In this document: piece after piece, positions 29,504-46,559 of the stretch
Position numbering within the stretch: position 1 is the first letter of the stretch
How the letters are laid out: the number at the start of each line of letters is the position of its first letter
Assembly: GCF_009914755.1 (NCBI RefSeq)
Contig: NC_060935.1
Source of the DNA: the human T2T-CHM13v2.0 reference genome, Homo sapiens
Length of the DNA stretch: 64,000 nucleotides
Reading direction: 5' to 3' (one strand)
The notes under the pieces: model-generated
Databases searched by the model: none
Told to the model about the DNA's origin: nothing
Seen by the model: only the letters and a program-made list of their open reading frames with translations
Translations under genes and position numbers: made by a program

Positions 29504-30433
29504 ATGAAGAATAAAAGGAATGTGACTGAATTCATTTTAACAGGTCTTACACAGAACCCTAAAATGGAGAAAATCATGTTTGCAGTATTTTTGGTTCCTT
29601 ACATGATAACACTTTCAGGCAACCTGCTCATTGTGGTTACAATTACCACCAGCCAGGCTCTGATCTCCCCCATGTACTTCTTCCTGACCCACCTTTCTTT
29701 GATAGACACAGTTTATTCTTCTTCTTCAGCTCCTAAGTTGATTGCCGATTCCCTTCATGAGAAGAAAATCATCTCCTTTAATGGGTGTATGGCTCAAGCC
29801 TATGCAGAACACATTTTTGGTGCTACTGAGATCATCCTGCTGACAGTGATGGCCTGTGACCACAATGTGGCCATCTGCAAACCTCTGCACTACACAACCA
29901 TCATGAGCCAAAGCCTGTGCATTCTCCTAGCGGTAGTGGCCTGGATGGGAGGATTTCTCCATGCAACTATTCAGATTCTCTTTACAGTATGGCTGCCCTT
30001 CTGTGGCCCCAATGTAATAGACCACTTCATGTGTGACTTGTACCCTTTGTTAAAACTTGTTTGCCTGGACACTCACACCCTTGGTTTCTTTGTTGCTGCC
30101 AACAGTGGGTTCATCTGCCTATTAAACTTCCTTCTCTAGATGGTATCCTGTGTGATCATCTTGAGATCTTTAAAGAACTATAGCTTGGAGGGGAAGGGTA
30201 AAGCCCTCTCCACCTGTATTTCTCACATCATAGTAATTGTCTTATTCTTTGTGCCCTGTATATTTGTGTATCTGTGCCCAGTGACCACTCTGCACATTGA
30301 AAAAGCTGCTGCTGTATTTTATACTATGGTGGTCCCAATGTTAAATCCTTTGATCTACACACTCAGAAATGCTGAGTTAAAAAGTGTGATAAGGAAGCTT
30401 TGGAGAAAAAAAGTGATTTCAGATAATAATTAA
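29504..30433 (+). pseudogene. OR4C50P: Olfactory receptor family 4C pseudogene, OR4C12-like (probably OR4C50P); single in-frame TAG at 30137-30139
   Basis: Two in-frame ORFs (211 + 97 aa) spanning 930 bp with [44 protein letters not shown]; symbol from recalled adjacency to OR4C46 and is less certain than the pseudogene call. Confidence 0.9.
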
Positions 30434-30923
30434 ATAAGACCACTGAGCACTCAACATAGAGGTAATAGGTATTTAAGCTTCTTGATTTGTAGATGAATAT
30501 GTCAACTCTAACAAGGGGCTGGCTAATGCTTGCAGATAGTCAGTAAAGAATAAAGCTAAAGCTTGGACTGTAAAGCTTACTGTCTCTTATCCTACACTCT
30601 TGTCATCACCACTATTGTTTTTTAATTAATACATATTCATCAATTGCCTGGAAACTTGAAACGTCTCTAGATGCTAAAAAGTATAAATGTAGAATATTAG
30701 ATTGATATTAAAATAATCTTATTATATAATATTAAGCAGTTGGTTACTGCTGATTATTGAAATTAACATGTTTAATGATATTTCTTTACTTTGGACTCTG
30801 GCTTAATATATACATACTTTCTTTTGTAAATTTTATTGGTCACTATATATTGGTCGTATTGTAAAAAGATGTACTGTTCATCTAATGCCTGCAAGGCTGC
30901 ATTTTATTAAGTTTTTTCCATAT

Positions 30924-31744
30924 TGTACCAGTTAGGGTTCAATCAGGAGACAGATCACACAGCTTCCCCGATTTGAGCAGTGAAAATTTACATAAAATTA
31001 TTAATTATATCGAGGGATTAACTATAAAGAAGTAAAGAATGTCCTGTGACTGAGAGATGAGTAACTAAGAAAGGAACACATCTGGGAGCTGGGCTCCCTT
31101 CCCAAGGCTGAGATTCCAATATTTTGAAGAAAGTGTAGTTGTTGCCCATTGGATGATGGAGAAATTCACTGGGTAGTCTTGGGCCAGAACTAGTTCATGG
31201 TAGCCGGACAGAAGCTGCCCCACAAGAAACTTGTCTGGGACTGGCCAGCAGGGAGACTTTCACTGGGATACTGGTGGACTGAGGCTGGTAAATGAGGAAC
31301 TGTAGCCTGGACTGGCAAGGAGGAAATAACCCTCTAGGGTGCAGGTGGACCAAGGCTACCCCATTATAGATAGGCAGTTTTGGAAAACTGATTGCTGGAG
31401 TATCTGTGTGATTTATTGGAATCTCCCTGCAGAGGCACCACTGAAACTCAATGGGAAATTTTCCGTAAAGTTGTCAGTGAACCTCAATGGAAGTGAGCAC
31501 TTCTGAATATCTCTCCCTCCCCCAGCCAAACACATGTGCTGGAAGCTACATAGAGTAAGATGAAAACAGAAACATATTTAAATCAGGAAGAGATGTCCCT
31601 TTTGATTTCCTATACTGGCAAAACTTAGCATCAAAGAAGACTAGGTGCAGAGGATAAATTTCTACACGGCTTATTTTCATTAATATGCAGCAGGCAATGA
31701 AGGTTGTATTTGGAGCTGAGAGGCAATACATTGACAAATAGCAC
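30924..31744 (-). mobile_element. Old ERVL-type LTR (subfamily uncertain)
   Basis: tgtaccagttagggttcaatcaggagacag start and tttggagctgagaggcaata end recalled from ERVL LTRs. Confidence 0.45.
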
Positions 31745-32069
31745 CCAAATTTTATCCTTAATTCTTGTAACACATTTTACAGGATATTGAAGTGCATATA
31801 TATGGCATGATTTGATCAAACCTCAAGTTAGTGGCAGAATGAGATATAAATTGAGATATGGCTCCTTATTCTACACACTTTGTTGGTAGTAGGTAGCTGC
31901 AACTATTTTTTTACTGTAAAGTCTAAAAATGAAAATAACACAATTTATTAAAAGAATCTGTATAATCTCATGTTATAATTTCATTTAATTTTACTATTAG
32001 CTATGCACTGGTATCTGATTAATTCTTTCACTGAAGATATATAGACAGAAGATGAACAATTACTTGGAA

Positions 32070-32349
32070 TTTTTTTTTTTTTTTTTGAGACAGAGTCTTA
32101 TTCTGTCACCCAGGCTGGAGTGCAGTGGCACAATTTGGGCTCCTGGGTTAAAGAAATTCTCCTGCCTCAGCCTCCCGAGTAGCTGGAACTACAGGCATGT
32201 GCCACCATGCCTGGAAAATTTTTATATTTTTAGTAGAGACGGGGGTTCGCCTTGTTGGCCATGTGGGTCTCGAACTCCCGACCTCAGGTGATCCATCCAC
32301 CTCAGCCTCCCAAAGTGCTGGGATTAAAAAATGAGGCACATGCCTGGCT
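32070..32349 (-). mobile_element. AluSx-like with ~20 bp deletion
   Basis: poly(T), gacctcaggtgatcc diagnostic, gcctggct 5' end. Confidence 0.92.
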
Positions 32350-33267
32350 TATTTAAACTTTTAACTGAATTTTCATGATTTGGCAATTGTAATACACTTC
32401 AAAGCATGAAGGATCTAGTTTCTGCTCCTTTATCAAAAGGTATATGAAGGGTCACTAGGTGTTAGACTTTGGCACTAGAACGGGAACAGGAATGTGTAGA
32501 AAGGTAAAGTTATGAGAAAATCTGAAATATATAGCATCCAGGGACACAACCAGAATTGATATCCAAGGGTGACTGAAACTTAAGTCTGGCAGAAAGGCAA
32601 AATCACACATAAGTCATCAAGACAGGTAGCTGGCATGAAGATACCCAAGAAATTTTACAGTGGTGAGTAGAAGATGGATGCAGCAGAGATTCCTGGGGCA
32701 CAATTCTAGAGTGTCTTTTTACTCATTCTAGAGTAGTGAAGAAATTAATAAAGATGACCAGACAGTCTAGATAGAAAGGTTGTCAGTGAAACTGGTAATG
32801 CTTGTTAAAACTTTCACAAGAGTTCCCCACTGAGCATGTACAGGCGGTCTTAGAGAGGATCATTAGGTAAACAGCCTTAATAAAGATGACTTATATGCAC
32901 AGTGCACTTCATTGTTTATATTAGTTTAACTTTTTTCCACGCACTTCTATTTCCTACTATTACTCATGGAATAAAAAAGATTAAAAGCTGTTATCAGAGA
33001 TATCTCATTCTCCATTCCCATTTGTATCCCTGAATCTGTGTTCCTCAGACCACCCTGCCTCAACCTCCAGCTCTACCTTCCACATCCAGCTCATTCCTGA
33101 ATGATTTTATACTTCGACTTAGCATTAATAATTCCATCAACTGTCATAGATAAGCCAAACTTCACTTAACATATTATGGTTTTCATGAACAGTTTGGATT
33201 TAGGAAGATATTAATCACAAATATTAGTATCTTTTTCTTGGTATAATCCATTGTATATGTTTTTTAA

Positions 33268-36885
<3,618 letters not shown>

Positions 36886-36974
36886 AAGACAAATATTAGC
36901 ATCTTTAAAATAAAAAATCAACTATGTATTATTAAATAATTATATCACATCATTTAATTTCTAATAAATATTTC

Positions 36975-37312
36975 TTAGCTTTAATGAGGTAATACTGACT
37001 AACAAAAATGCATATATTTAAGGTATGCAATGTAATGTTTTGATATATGTATATATGGTAAAATGATTACCACAATCAAGCTAGTTGTCATAGCTCTCAC
37101 CTCACATAGGTACTATTATTTTTGTAAGATTTAAGATCTATTCTCCCAGTAAATTTCAAGTATACATTACATTATTATTAAGTATAATCACCGGGCTGTT
37201 CATTTGATCTTCAGGACTTTATTCACTTTGTTTAACTGAAATGTTGTACTTTCAGACCTACATCTCCACATTATGCCTCCCCCAACCCCTGTCAACCACA
37301 ATTCTGCCTCTG
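36975..37312 (-). mobile_element. L1MA/L1MB 3' end
   Basis: aaaatgattaccacaatcaagcta...aaatttcaagtatac...aactgaaatgttgtac. Confidence 0.75.
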
Positions 37313-37559
37313 TGCCTTGCCTCCAGGGCTTGTTTCTGAGGATAGGTCCTAGGATCACCTATGTGAGTAATATTTAATACTACATTAAGACTTGAACATC
37401 GTTCAACATATTCAAAATCTCATTAATCTTCTCTGTCTTCCTTCCATCCAGTGATCTAAGCCAGGGCCCAAGTTTCATCTGTGACTTCTCTCTCTCTCAT
37501 CTTCATCCTATATCAAGTTCTTTTGTTTAGAATTCAAAAATATTCTTCAAAAGTTTCTA

Positions 37560-37988
37560 TATCTCTCCAGGTTAGTTTGATTTCCCTAGGTTCAGAGGAT
37601 GATATGAGAATTTTAATAAACGTGATTTATAAGGGGAAAAGATTGAAGGAAACATACTATAGTAGGGAAGGAAGGATGTAGTCTCAACTAGTCTGCCTCT
37701 AGCCTGGAGCCCCGGGAGCTCTGAGGTATACACTGTGCTACAGAACTGCTTCCACCTTGAGACAAAGGAACTAACCTCTTAAACCCTATTCCAGGCAATC
37801 ATTTCTGGTGGGCCCTGGGAGAGGGAACAAAATACCCCAAGTGACGCCCCTCCCATTTTATCTGGTGCAATTGACCAGAAAAGGACAGGGCTGTGAGCTA
37901 TTAGCAGCCCAGACACACAGTAGTTGGGGCATATGTGCACTGGCCTGGTAAAGGGGATTTGAGCTGGGCATAATAGTGTCCACCATAT
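37560..37988 (-). mobile_element. ERVL LTR16-like LTR
   Basis: ctgtgagctattagcagcc...ggcctggtaaaggggatttgag...tccaccata; recalled. Confidence 0.5.
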
Positions 37989-38029
37989 TCTGCTTCCTAA
38001 CTGACAACACCAGGGCTGAGATCTCCAGC

Positions 38030-38885
<856 letters not shown>

Positions 38886-38946
38886 ATATTTATTCCGAAA
38901 TGGCTTTGGATACATACACAGCTATATAGTCTTCAAAACAGCTTTT

Positions 38947-39488
38947 TTCTTGTGAGGTGCTGTGGGAGTGGGGCCTGCAGACCGAGGTGGCTTGGCTTCC
39001 TGGATTCATCCCCCTTCCTAGGGGTACTTATGGACTTCCCGCTCTGCCTGAGTTGCAGACAAGTTTGTTGGGGATCCTTGGGCCCGAGTTTGTAAAGCTC
39101 CTGGGTCTCTGTGTGTGTCTGAGCAGCTGCTCTGTGGAGACTACACAGCTGTGTGTATCGGACCCAAGGCCCTGGTAGCCTGGGCTCACGAGGGGATTTC
39201 CTGATCCACGGGTTACAAAGATCCATGGGAAAATCATGGTTTTCTGGGGTTGCACATTCCCTTACTGCATCGTGGGGGTTCCCTTGGCTCCCTGCTGCTC
39301 CTGGGTGAGCCATACCGCTGTGCTGCTTTTCTTCATTCTCTGTGGGTGGAGTTGTTTCCCTGATCTGTCCCAAATGTGAGTACCTGGATCTTTCAGTTGA
39401 AGATGCTGTATCACTTGTCCTTTTCTTTCCTCTCCGTGAGTGCCACGGATCTCAGCTGCTTCTAATCGGCAATCTTGGCCCCCTCCCA
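38947..39488 (-). mobile_element. L1 5'UTR-only insertion (L1PA13-16/L1PREC2-type UTR)
   Basis: Minus strand starts gggaggggccaagattgccgattagaagcagctg; 12-bp TSD aaaacagctttt at 38935-38946 and 39489-39500. Confidence 0.85.
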
Positions 39489-40302
39489 AAAACAGCTTTT
39501 AATAATAAAATGTTACCAAAAAGTAAACTGATTGACAGAGGAATAGAAAATAAATAGCTCATAATCATAAGATAAAATGTTGCTGAAAGCAGAAAAATTT
39601 CAAGATTAGCTATTTGTTCATATGCTAGGAATTTGCTTCTATTTCTTCTGTATTCTTCAGCGTAAGGAGTAAAAACAAACTGTGTTCCCCCAAGAGGTCC
39701 AGCTAGAATTCTCCTTAGTGCCTGAATCAGATAAGAAAACAATTCCTATCATCAGTACTATTTTTTTTTTAGCTCTAAATTTTGTTGAATTCATTTACCT
39801 TCCTTAATAATTCTATTAAATCATTCGAGGTTTATCACGTACCAGACATTGTGCTACCTTGTGGCAATTATTGTTATCTAGTAGGCAAGTACTTTATGGG
39901 CCATGATTGTATATTTAACTAATAGAAATTTCAGCCTGAAATTCAAATGCTCTTTCAATGAAGCCATCACCCTTTCTGATGGGTTTTCAGCATAATATGG
40001 GTGACTTGAGCAATACAAAATCGTTCAGAAGCCTACACTGACATTTGGAAACATGATATAAACTTCATTACCTACCCATGAGAGGTTATGGCCTATTGTT
40101 ATTACAGTCTTAAAGTGGTTAGATACCATAATGTTTCAGAAAACAAATGACCATCAATAATGATAAATAAAAAAGCAGAGTTGTTAATAAAATTTCTTAT
40201 ATTTTTAGTTAGATAACAAACTAATATATGTATTGTGCCTAGCATAGTCTGTGGTCCCAAAATGGTAAGTAGTATAATTAACTGACATTTTCATTATCAC
40301 TC

Positions 40303-40490
40303 TGTGGCAGAATATCATAGCAGTTAAGAGTATGGTCTGGAAAATCAGTTATAGTTTGGTTACTAGCTCATCAACATATCTATTTTGATATCTTCTCCTT
40401 CCTGTAAGCTTCCTAACTTGTAAAATGAAGATAATAGTAGTGCTTACCTCTTTGAAGTGTTACAGATATTACCGCTAGATACCAATATAT
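40303..40490 (+). mobile_element. MIR
   Basis: catagcagttaagag...tgtaaaatgaagataatagtagtgcttacctc. Confidence 0.6.
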
Positions 40491-40730
40491 GCTATTATTT
40501 CTTTTATTTGTGAGAGGAAAGCCTATGAATCCATATACAGGATGAAACTAGTAAAACTAAGCCCCAACTTGGTAGAATTTCCCAAATATGCAGAGTTGTC
40601 CTCGGTTGTTTTCTCTCTTTCCTTGAACCATTTCTATACCCCTCAATGCAGAATCTATGAATCATATGGTGAATGTTTTCTTCATCCAATCAATTTGCCC
40701 CACTGCAATTATCCAAAATGTCCTTCTGAC

Positions 40731-41059
40731 TTTTTCTTTTTTTTTTATTATACTTTAAGTTTTAGGGTACATATGCACAACACGCAGGTTAGTTACATAT
40801 GTATACATGTGCCATGTTGGTGTGCTGCACCCATTAACTTGTCATTTAACATTAGGTATATCTCCTAATGCTATCCCTCCCCCCTCCCCCACCCCACAAC
40901 AGGCCCCAGTGTGTGATGTTCCCCTTCCTGTGTCCATGTGTTCTCATTGTTCTATTCCAAACTATGAGTGAGAACATGCGGTGTTTGGTTTTTTGTTCTT
41001 GTGATAGTTAGCTGAGAATGATGATTTCCAGCTTCATCCATGTCCCTAAAAGGACATGA
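40731..41059 (-). mobile_element. L1PA 3' end fragment (~330 bp)
   Basis: poly(T), ttattatactttaagttttagggtac, G-rich 3'UTR tract; truncated at aaggacatga. Confidence 0.95.
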
Positions 41060-41092
41060 CTAAATTGAATCAATGTTGAGCTCTAGTTACAT

Positions 41093-42022
41093 TTATTTGT
41101 CACCTGAAATGTCCTTTCTACTACACAATTTCCTGATGGCATTTTTCATCTGGGCATTCTTCAAGGTATAGATTAAGGGGTTTAACATAGGAGTTATCAT
41201 AGTGTAGAATATAGCAACTGCTTTATCAATAGGTAAAGTAGCTGCAGGTCTCATGTACACAAATATGCAGGGCACAAAGAATAAGATGACAACCGTGATG
41301 TGGGAGACACAGGTGGAGAGGGCTTTGTGCCTTGCCTCCAAGCTATGAGTCCTTAGGGAGCACAAGATGACCACATAGGAGACCAGCAGGAGGGCAAAGT
41401 TTAACAAGCAGATGAATCCACTGTTGGCAGCAATGAAGAGTTCCAGCATATGGGTGTCAGTGCAGGCGAGGTTGAGCAAAGGGTTCAGATCACACATAAA
41501 GTGATCTATGACATTAGGACCACAGAAAGGTAATTGGAAGATGAAGAGGATCTGTATGGTTGCATGAAGAAAGCCTCCCATCCACACCACTCCCATTAGC
41601 AGGGCACACACACACTGGTTCATGATAGTCATATAGTGCAAGGGCTTGCAGATGGCCACATAGTGGTCATAGGCCATCACAGTAAGTAGGATGCCCTCTG
41701 CACCTCCGAAGAAATGTTCTCCAAAGACTTGAGTCATGCATCCATTGAATAGGATGGCCTTCTTTCCATAGAGTGAATGTGTGATCAGGTTAGGGGTATT
41801 GACAGAGGAATAGCAGGCATCAATAAAGGAGAGATAGGCCAGGGAAAGGTACATGGGGGACCCCAGTGATGGGCTGGCAGTGATGGTGACCACAATGAGC
41901 ACATATCCCACCACAGTGATGATATAGATGACAAAAAACACAACAAATATGATTTTCTGCATCTTTGGATTCTCTGTAAGCCCCAGCAAAACAAACTCTG
42001 TCATGTTATTCCTATTCTCCAT
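41093..42022 (-). CDS. OR4C46: Olfactory receptor 4C46, 309 aa intact single-exon ORF
   Basis: [20 protein letters not shown]...[15 protein letters not shown]...KALSTCVSH...[12 protein letters not shown]...SRKDISGDK; 7TM class II OR motifs; matches recalled OR4C46 (OR4C13 paralog). Confidence 0.93.
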   Translation of the reverse strand: MENRNNMTEFVLLGLTENPKMQKIIFVVFFVIYIITVVGYVLIVVTITASPSLGSPMYLSLAYLSFIDACYSSVNTPNLITHSLYGKKAILFNGCMTQVFGEHFFGGAEGILLTVMAYDHYVAICKPLHYMTIMNQCVCALLMGVVWMGGFLHATIQILFIFQLPFCGPNVIDHFMCDLNPLLNLACTDTHMLELFIAANSGFICLLNFALLLVSYVVILCSLRTHSLEARHKALSTCVSHITVVILFFVPCIFVYMRPAATLPIDKAVAIFYTMITPMLNPLIYTLKNAQMKNAIRKLCSRKDISGDK

Positions 42023-42051
42023 GTATTTCTCATGATGATTAATTGCATTAC

Positions 42052-42075
42052 CTGTAAAAATTTTTTATTAATACA
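42052..42075 (-). promoter_or_regulatory. Splice acceptor for the OR4C46 coding exon
   Basis: Minus strand taataaaaaatttttacag|g, AG 29 nt upstream of the ATG. Confidence 0.5.
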
Positions 42076-42616
42076 ACTTTGAATTTATTACATATCTCCA
42101 TTTTAATAATAAATGCTTGAATTTTATTAAACTGTAAATTCCTATAAGGTTTTTCTTGAGATGTTAATAAAGTTTCTCAGTTCTTGAAGATTACTTGGTG
42201 AAGACTCTGTGAAGAGTATCGACATTAGAAACTCTTGTGAACAAAGTCAGGATGTCATGTGTGTATACTCAATCATCTGGGAGGCCTAAGAGCTCAATTT
42301 GAAGTAGTAGATTGGATACACGGTAGCAGCTAAACCTGAAAAGGGAGATTGACAATGAATTTAAAGGCCATGGTGTAAAGCTAAGGAATTTGCCATTTAT
42401 TCTTTAGGAAATGGGGAACATTGGTAGGTTACTGTCAATATGAGTGGGAAGATGAAGAGGAATTTGAGGAGTAGGAATCTTGGAGTATCCCACTAGTACA
42501 AGTCTTTGTATGTCTTGGATGAAGTGGGCTGAGGTTCTGCAAAGCAGGTGTTAGCCAGAGAAAGGAACCCCAGTGGGCAGAATATTTAGAGTACTTGACA
42601 TAAGAAGTAACTGGGT

Positions 42617-42900
42617 GGCTGGGCCAGTGGCTCACACCTGTAATCCCAGCACTTTAGGAGGCCTAGGCGGGTGGATTACGAGGTCAGGAAATCGAGACCA
42701 TCCTGGCCAACATGGTGAAACCCCATCTCTACTAAAATACAAAAAGTTAACCAGGCGTGATGGTGCTTGCCTGTATTCCCAGCTATTTGGGAGGCTCAGG
42801 CAGGGGAATTACTTGAACTCAGGAGGCAGAAATTACAGTGAGGCCAAGATCACACCACTGCACTCCAGCCTGGGTGACAGAGAGTGACAGAGAGAGACAG
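42617..42900 (+). mobile_element. AluSc-like with decayed (GA) tail
   Basis: acgaggtcaggaaatcgagaccatcctggccaacatgg. Confidence 0.92.
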
Positions 42901-43019
42901 AAAGAAGTATAAAAAAAGGATATAAGAGCTACTAAAATAATTCATAATGCTTATTGTCTAAATCTAATTAACTTTATAATAACTAATATTATATGCCCTT
43001 TAATAATTAATTGTCTTGC

Positions 43020-43410
43020 AAAAGCCATAGTAGTAAGTGCTTTGCACACATGATTCCAGTGAACACTTATAACATCCTAGGTGACCAGTATTATTTCATC
43101 AAATTTTCAGATAAGGCAGCAATATTAGTGATTAATGTTAATAGTTATGTTAACACAATGATATTTATATTATACAATAATGTAATATTATTTATATTAA
43201 CATTATAACACTCATAATATTGATAATATTAACTAAAACATACTGAGCACTAGTGTCTTCTAAATGTTTTTTTGCAGGCAATCACAAAATAAACCCAGAA
43301 AATAGTACTATCATTTTTATACTTATTTTACATATTAGGAAGTAGAAGCATAGGGAAGTTGAAGATCCCATCCAAGATCAAGCAGTTTAATAAAGGACAG
43401 AGTCAAGATT
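43020..43410 (-). mobile_element. MIR fragments with an AT-rich spacer
   Basis: taagtgctttgcacacatgatt...attttcagataagg; tactgagcact...gaagcatagggaagttgaag..ccaagatca. Confidence 0.55.
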
Positions 43411-43770
43411 AGTCACATTATACTAGTTAATTTTTTCTCTCCAAATTCTGAGCTCATGCCCTATGTTGTTATGTTATAATAAACAATGTTGAACTAATAA
43501 TCTCCTTTTGATATGACCATTATGATTATACTTACTTTAATACTACTTCAGAGGCAATTTGTATGGAGCAATTTCATTAGCCGTATCCCCCCTCCCCACC
43601 CACAACACAGTGACATCTTTGAGTTCAAATATTAAGAAAAATGTGGTATTGAATCATTGAAGGTACATCTATCTTAGCTTCTCCCCTAGTCCCAGCTCTT
43701 TCCTCAACACCCCCACCCCACCAAGTCGTGGGCCCCCAGACTCTTGAACAAAATGTTGAAAATGACTACT

Positions 43771-44312
<542 letters not shown>

Positions 44313-44344
44313 TTAGAATCATTGTTTTTCCACCTGCAACTTTT

Positions 44345-44490
44345 TTAAGCCAGGGCATGTTTCTTGCCACCTTTCATCTTTGTTTCCTCATCTATAAAGT
44401 GAGAATAACAATATCATCTTACAGGCTGTTATGAGAATTGATTGAGGGAACATATAAGAAAATGTTTACCACAGTGCTGTGGATGCACAT
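44345..44490 (+). mobile_element. MIR
   Basis: tgtttcctcatctataaagtgagaataacaata...caggctgttatgagaatt. Confidence 0.65.
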
Positions 44491-44929
44491 AGGACTTTCT
44501 TTACTTTTACAGGTGTGTACACAGCTAAGGGATCATAAGAAGTGATCATTAGAGCAATAAACAGAGCATCATTGACCATGCAATAACCTCAGGAAGAATA
44601 ATCTCCAACATTACTCTTGAAGAAGCCACAGTGACTCATACTGTCCATAGCTGTTGATCCCAGGAAGGGTTCTTCATGTTAGTGCTTGGACTAAACAGCT
44701 GATGATTTATGCAATTTAGTATTCATATTTATGTCCTTTGTGTATACGATATGTATTTTAATTTTGTTTTAATCTTTTTTTTTTTTGTTTTGAGAATCTG
44801 GCTGTATTTTACTAAACCAGACACTGGCAAAAATTTAAAACAATGCCACTTTTCTCACTAACTAGTTTTTTGTTTTGGAAATGCTGTTACTTTTCATAAT
44901 GCTATTTAGGTAATATTTCATGTGCTTAT

Positions 44930-45001
44930 TGTTATTATTATTATTTTTTATTATTATACTTTAAGTTTTAGGGTACATGTGCACAATGTGCAGGTTAGTT
45001 A
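44930..45001 (-). mobile_element. Very short L1PA 3' terminus
   Basis: (tta)n tail then ttatactttaagttttagggtacatgtgcacaatgtgcaggttagtta. Confidence 0.85.
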
Positions 45002-45694
45002 TATATTTAATCTTTATGGCTAGTCTGATTATCATGGCAGAAGCATGGTACCCGGTGTCAGAGAGCTGGGTCCTACAAATTGCTGAATTTCTAAGAAACT
45101 CAAAATTTTCAACTGTCAAATAGGTTAATTATATTTACTATCTTTTGAAACATTGGGATGAGGATGAAAGACTCTATATACTATGTTTGAGGTGTTGAAA
45201 AATAATGATTACTGGCTACTTAAATTAACTATCTTTAAGAAGCATCGGTACTATTAGAAAACTTACCTTAGTAGTCTTAGTTAGATAATCTTGATGTTTG
45301 GGAGTGTTCAGACACAATCTTCTTCAAACTGATCTTCTTTTGGAATTAGTAAGTTTTGGTGTGAAAGATTTAACACATGGAAAGAGCCTATTCAGATGAT
45401 TCAATGTGAAATCACAGTTGTTAAAAAACTGTACACATTAAATGTGTAGTTTTTTGGTATATCAGTTATAATTCAATAAAGAAAGTGTTCTTATGACTAT
45501 AAATCTTTTTATCTGGCCTAAGTCTCAAAAATTTTCACAGAAAACCTGGGACTTGAATTAAAATCAATTCACTGGAAACACCATGAAGAATTGATTACAT
45601 ATGGCTCTGGTTCCACAGTGCAAGAGGCAGAAGGTGTGGAGGAAACAGTTATAAATGGATCACTTTGCCCATGATTAATCTTGCTGTGGATGAG

Positions 45695-45898
45695 TGAACA
45701 AGAAAAACACTTCTGTCTTGCACTGCATGAATATTTAAAGAGGTTTCTGTAAAGATTCAGGGATCTTATTTTATAGCTGCTGCTTTCTCTCCTAGGAATT
45801 AATTATCTCCTTTGATGGAAAAACTTTGCCACAGAAGCAGTATTCTGGAGAGACATGTTTGGAAAAAAAAAACAAACAATTCCTGAATAAGGAATTTC
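45695..45898 (-). promoter_or_regulatory. Candidate OR4C46 promoter core (TAATTA + O/E-like TTCCTAGGAG + TATAAAA)
   Basis: Minus strand ggagataattaattcctaggagagaaagcagcagctataaaa (45769-45810); paralogous to 18690-18885; AG|GTAAGT donor downstream at 45261-45268. Confidence 0.65.
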
Positions 45899-46164
45899 AT
45901 TCTTTACACTTGGAATCTAATCCTTTGAGTCCTCTTTCTCTATCTGAGCCTGTGTTGTTAAGAATGCTGAATTCTGTTTGAGTAGCAAGGTAGCGTAACT
46001 TGTGTGAGGACCTGTGATGTAGTTTCTCTGTTGATTCATGTCACAGGAATTTTCTTTTTTAAAAAAATCAACATTACGCCTTTTTCTGGAAACCTGCTAA
46101 TGGTTCCTTGAGGTCTAGAGCAGTGAGGGCATGAAACTAATTGTGACCATTTAATTAATTTTAA

Positions 46165-46555
46165 TTTTTAAATTTAAAAATATTTAATTGACAAAGATTT
46201 TATATATCCAAGGTGGATAAAATGTTGATTTGATCGAGACGTACATTGTGTAATAGTTATTACAGAAAATTAACACATACATTACTAATCATGCTGTGCA
46301 TGAGATCCTCAGAACCTGTTCATCTTATAGATGAAAGATTGTTCTCTTTGATAAATATATTCCCATATCCCTCATTCCCCAGGCCCTGGCAACCGTCATT
46401 CTACCATCATTCTCTCTGTTTCTATGAGTATGACTCTTTAGATTCTGCATATAAGTGAGATTATACAGCGTTTGACTTTCTGTGTCTGGCTTATTTCACT
46501 TAGCATAGTGTCCTCTAGGTTTTTCCACATTGTCACAAATGGCAGGATTTCCTTA
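46165..46555 (-). mobile_element. L1MA 3' end
   Basis: ttagattctgcatataagtgagatta...tgtgtctggcttatttcacttagcata...aaatggcaggatttcctt. Confidence 0.8.
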
Positions 46556-46559
46556 AGGT

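Noticed and set aside
29726-29911. Antisense ORF in the OR pseudogene, and the alternative-frame ORF 41785-41994 in OR4C46
   Set aside because: Short shadow frames with no independent support.
38933-39489. Cluster of overlapping GC-rich ORFs (up to 146 aa)
   Set aside because: By-product of the GC-rich L1 5'UTR; no recognisable protein.
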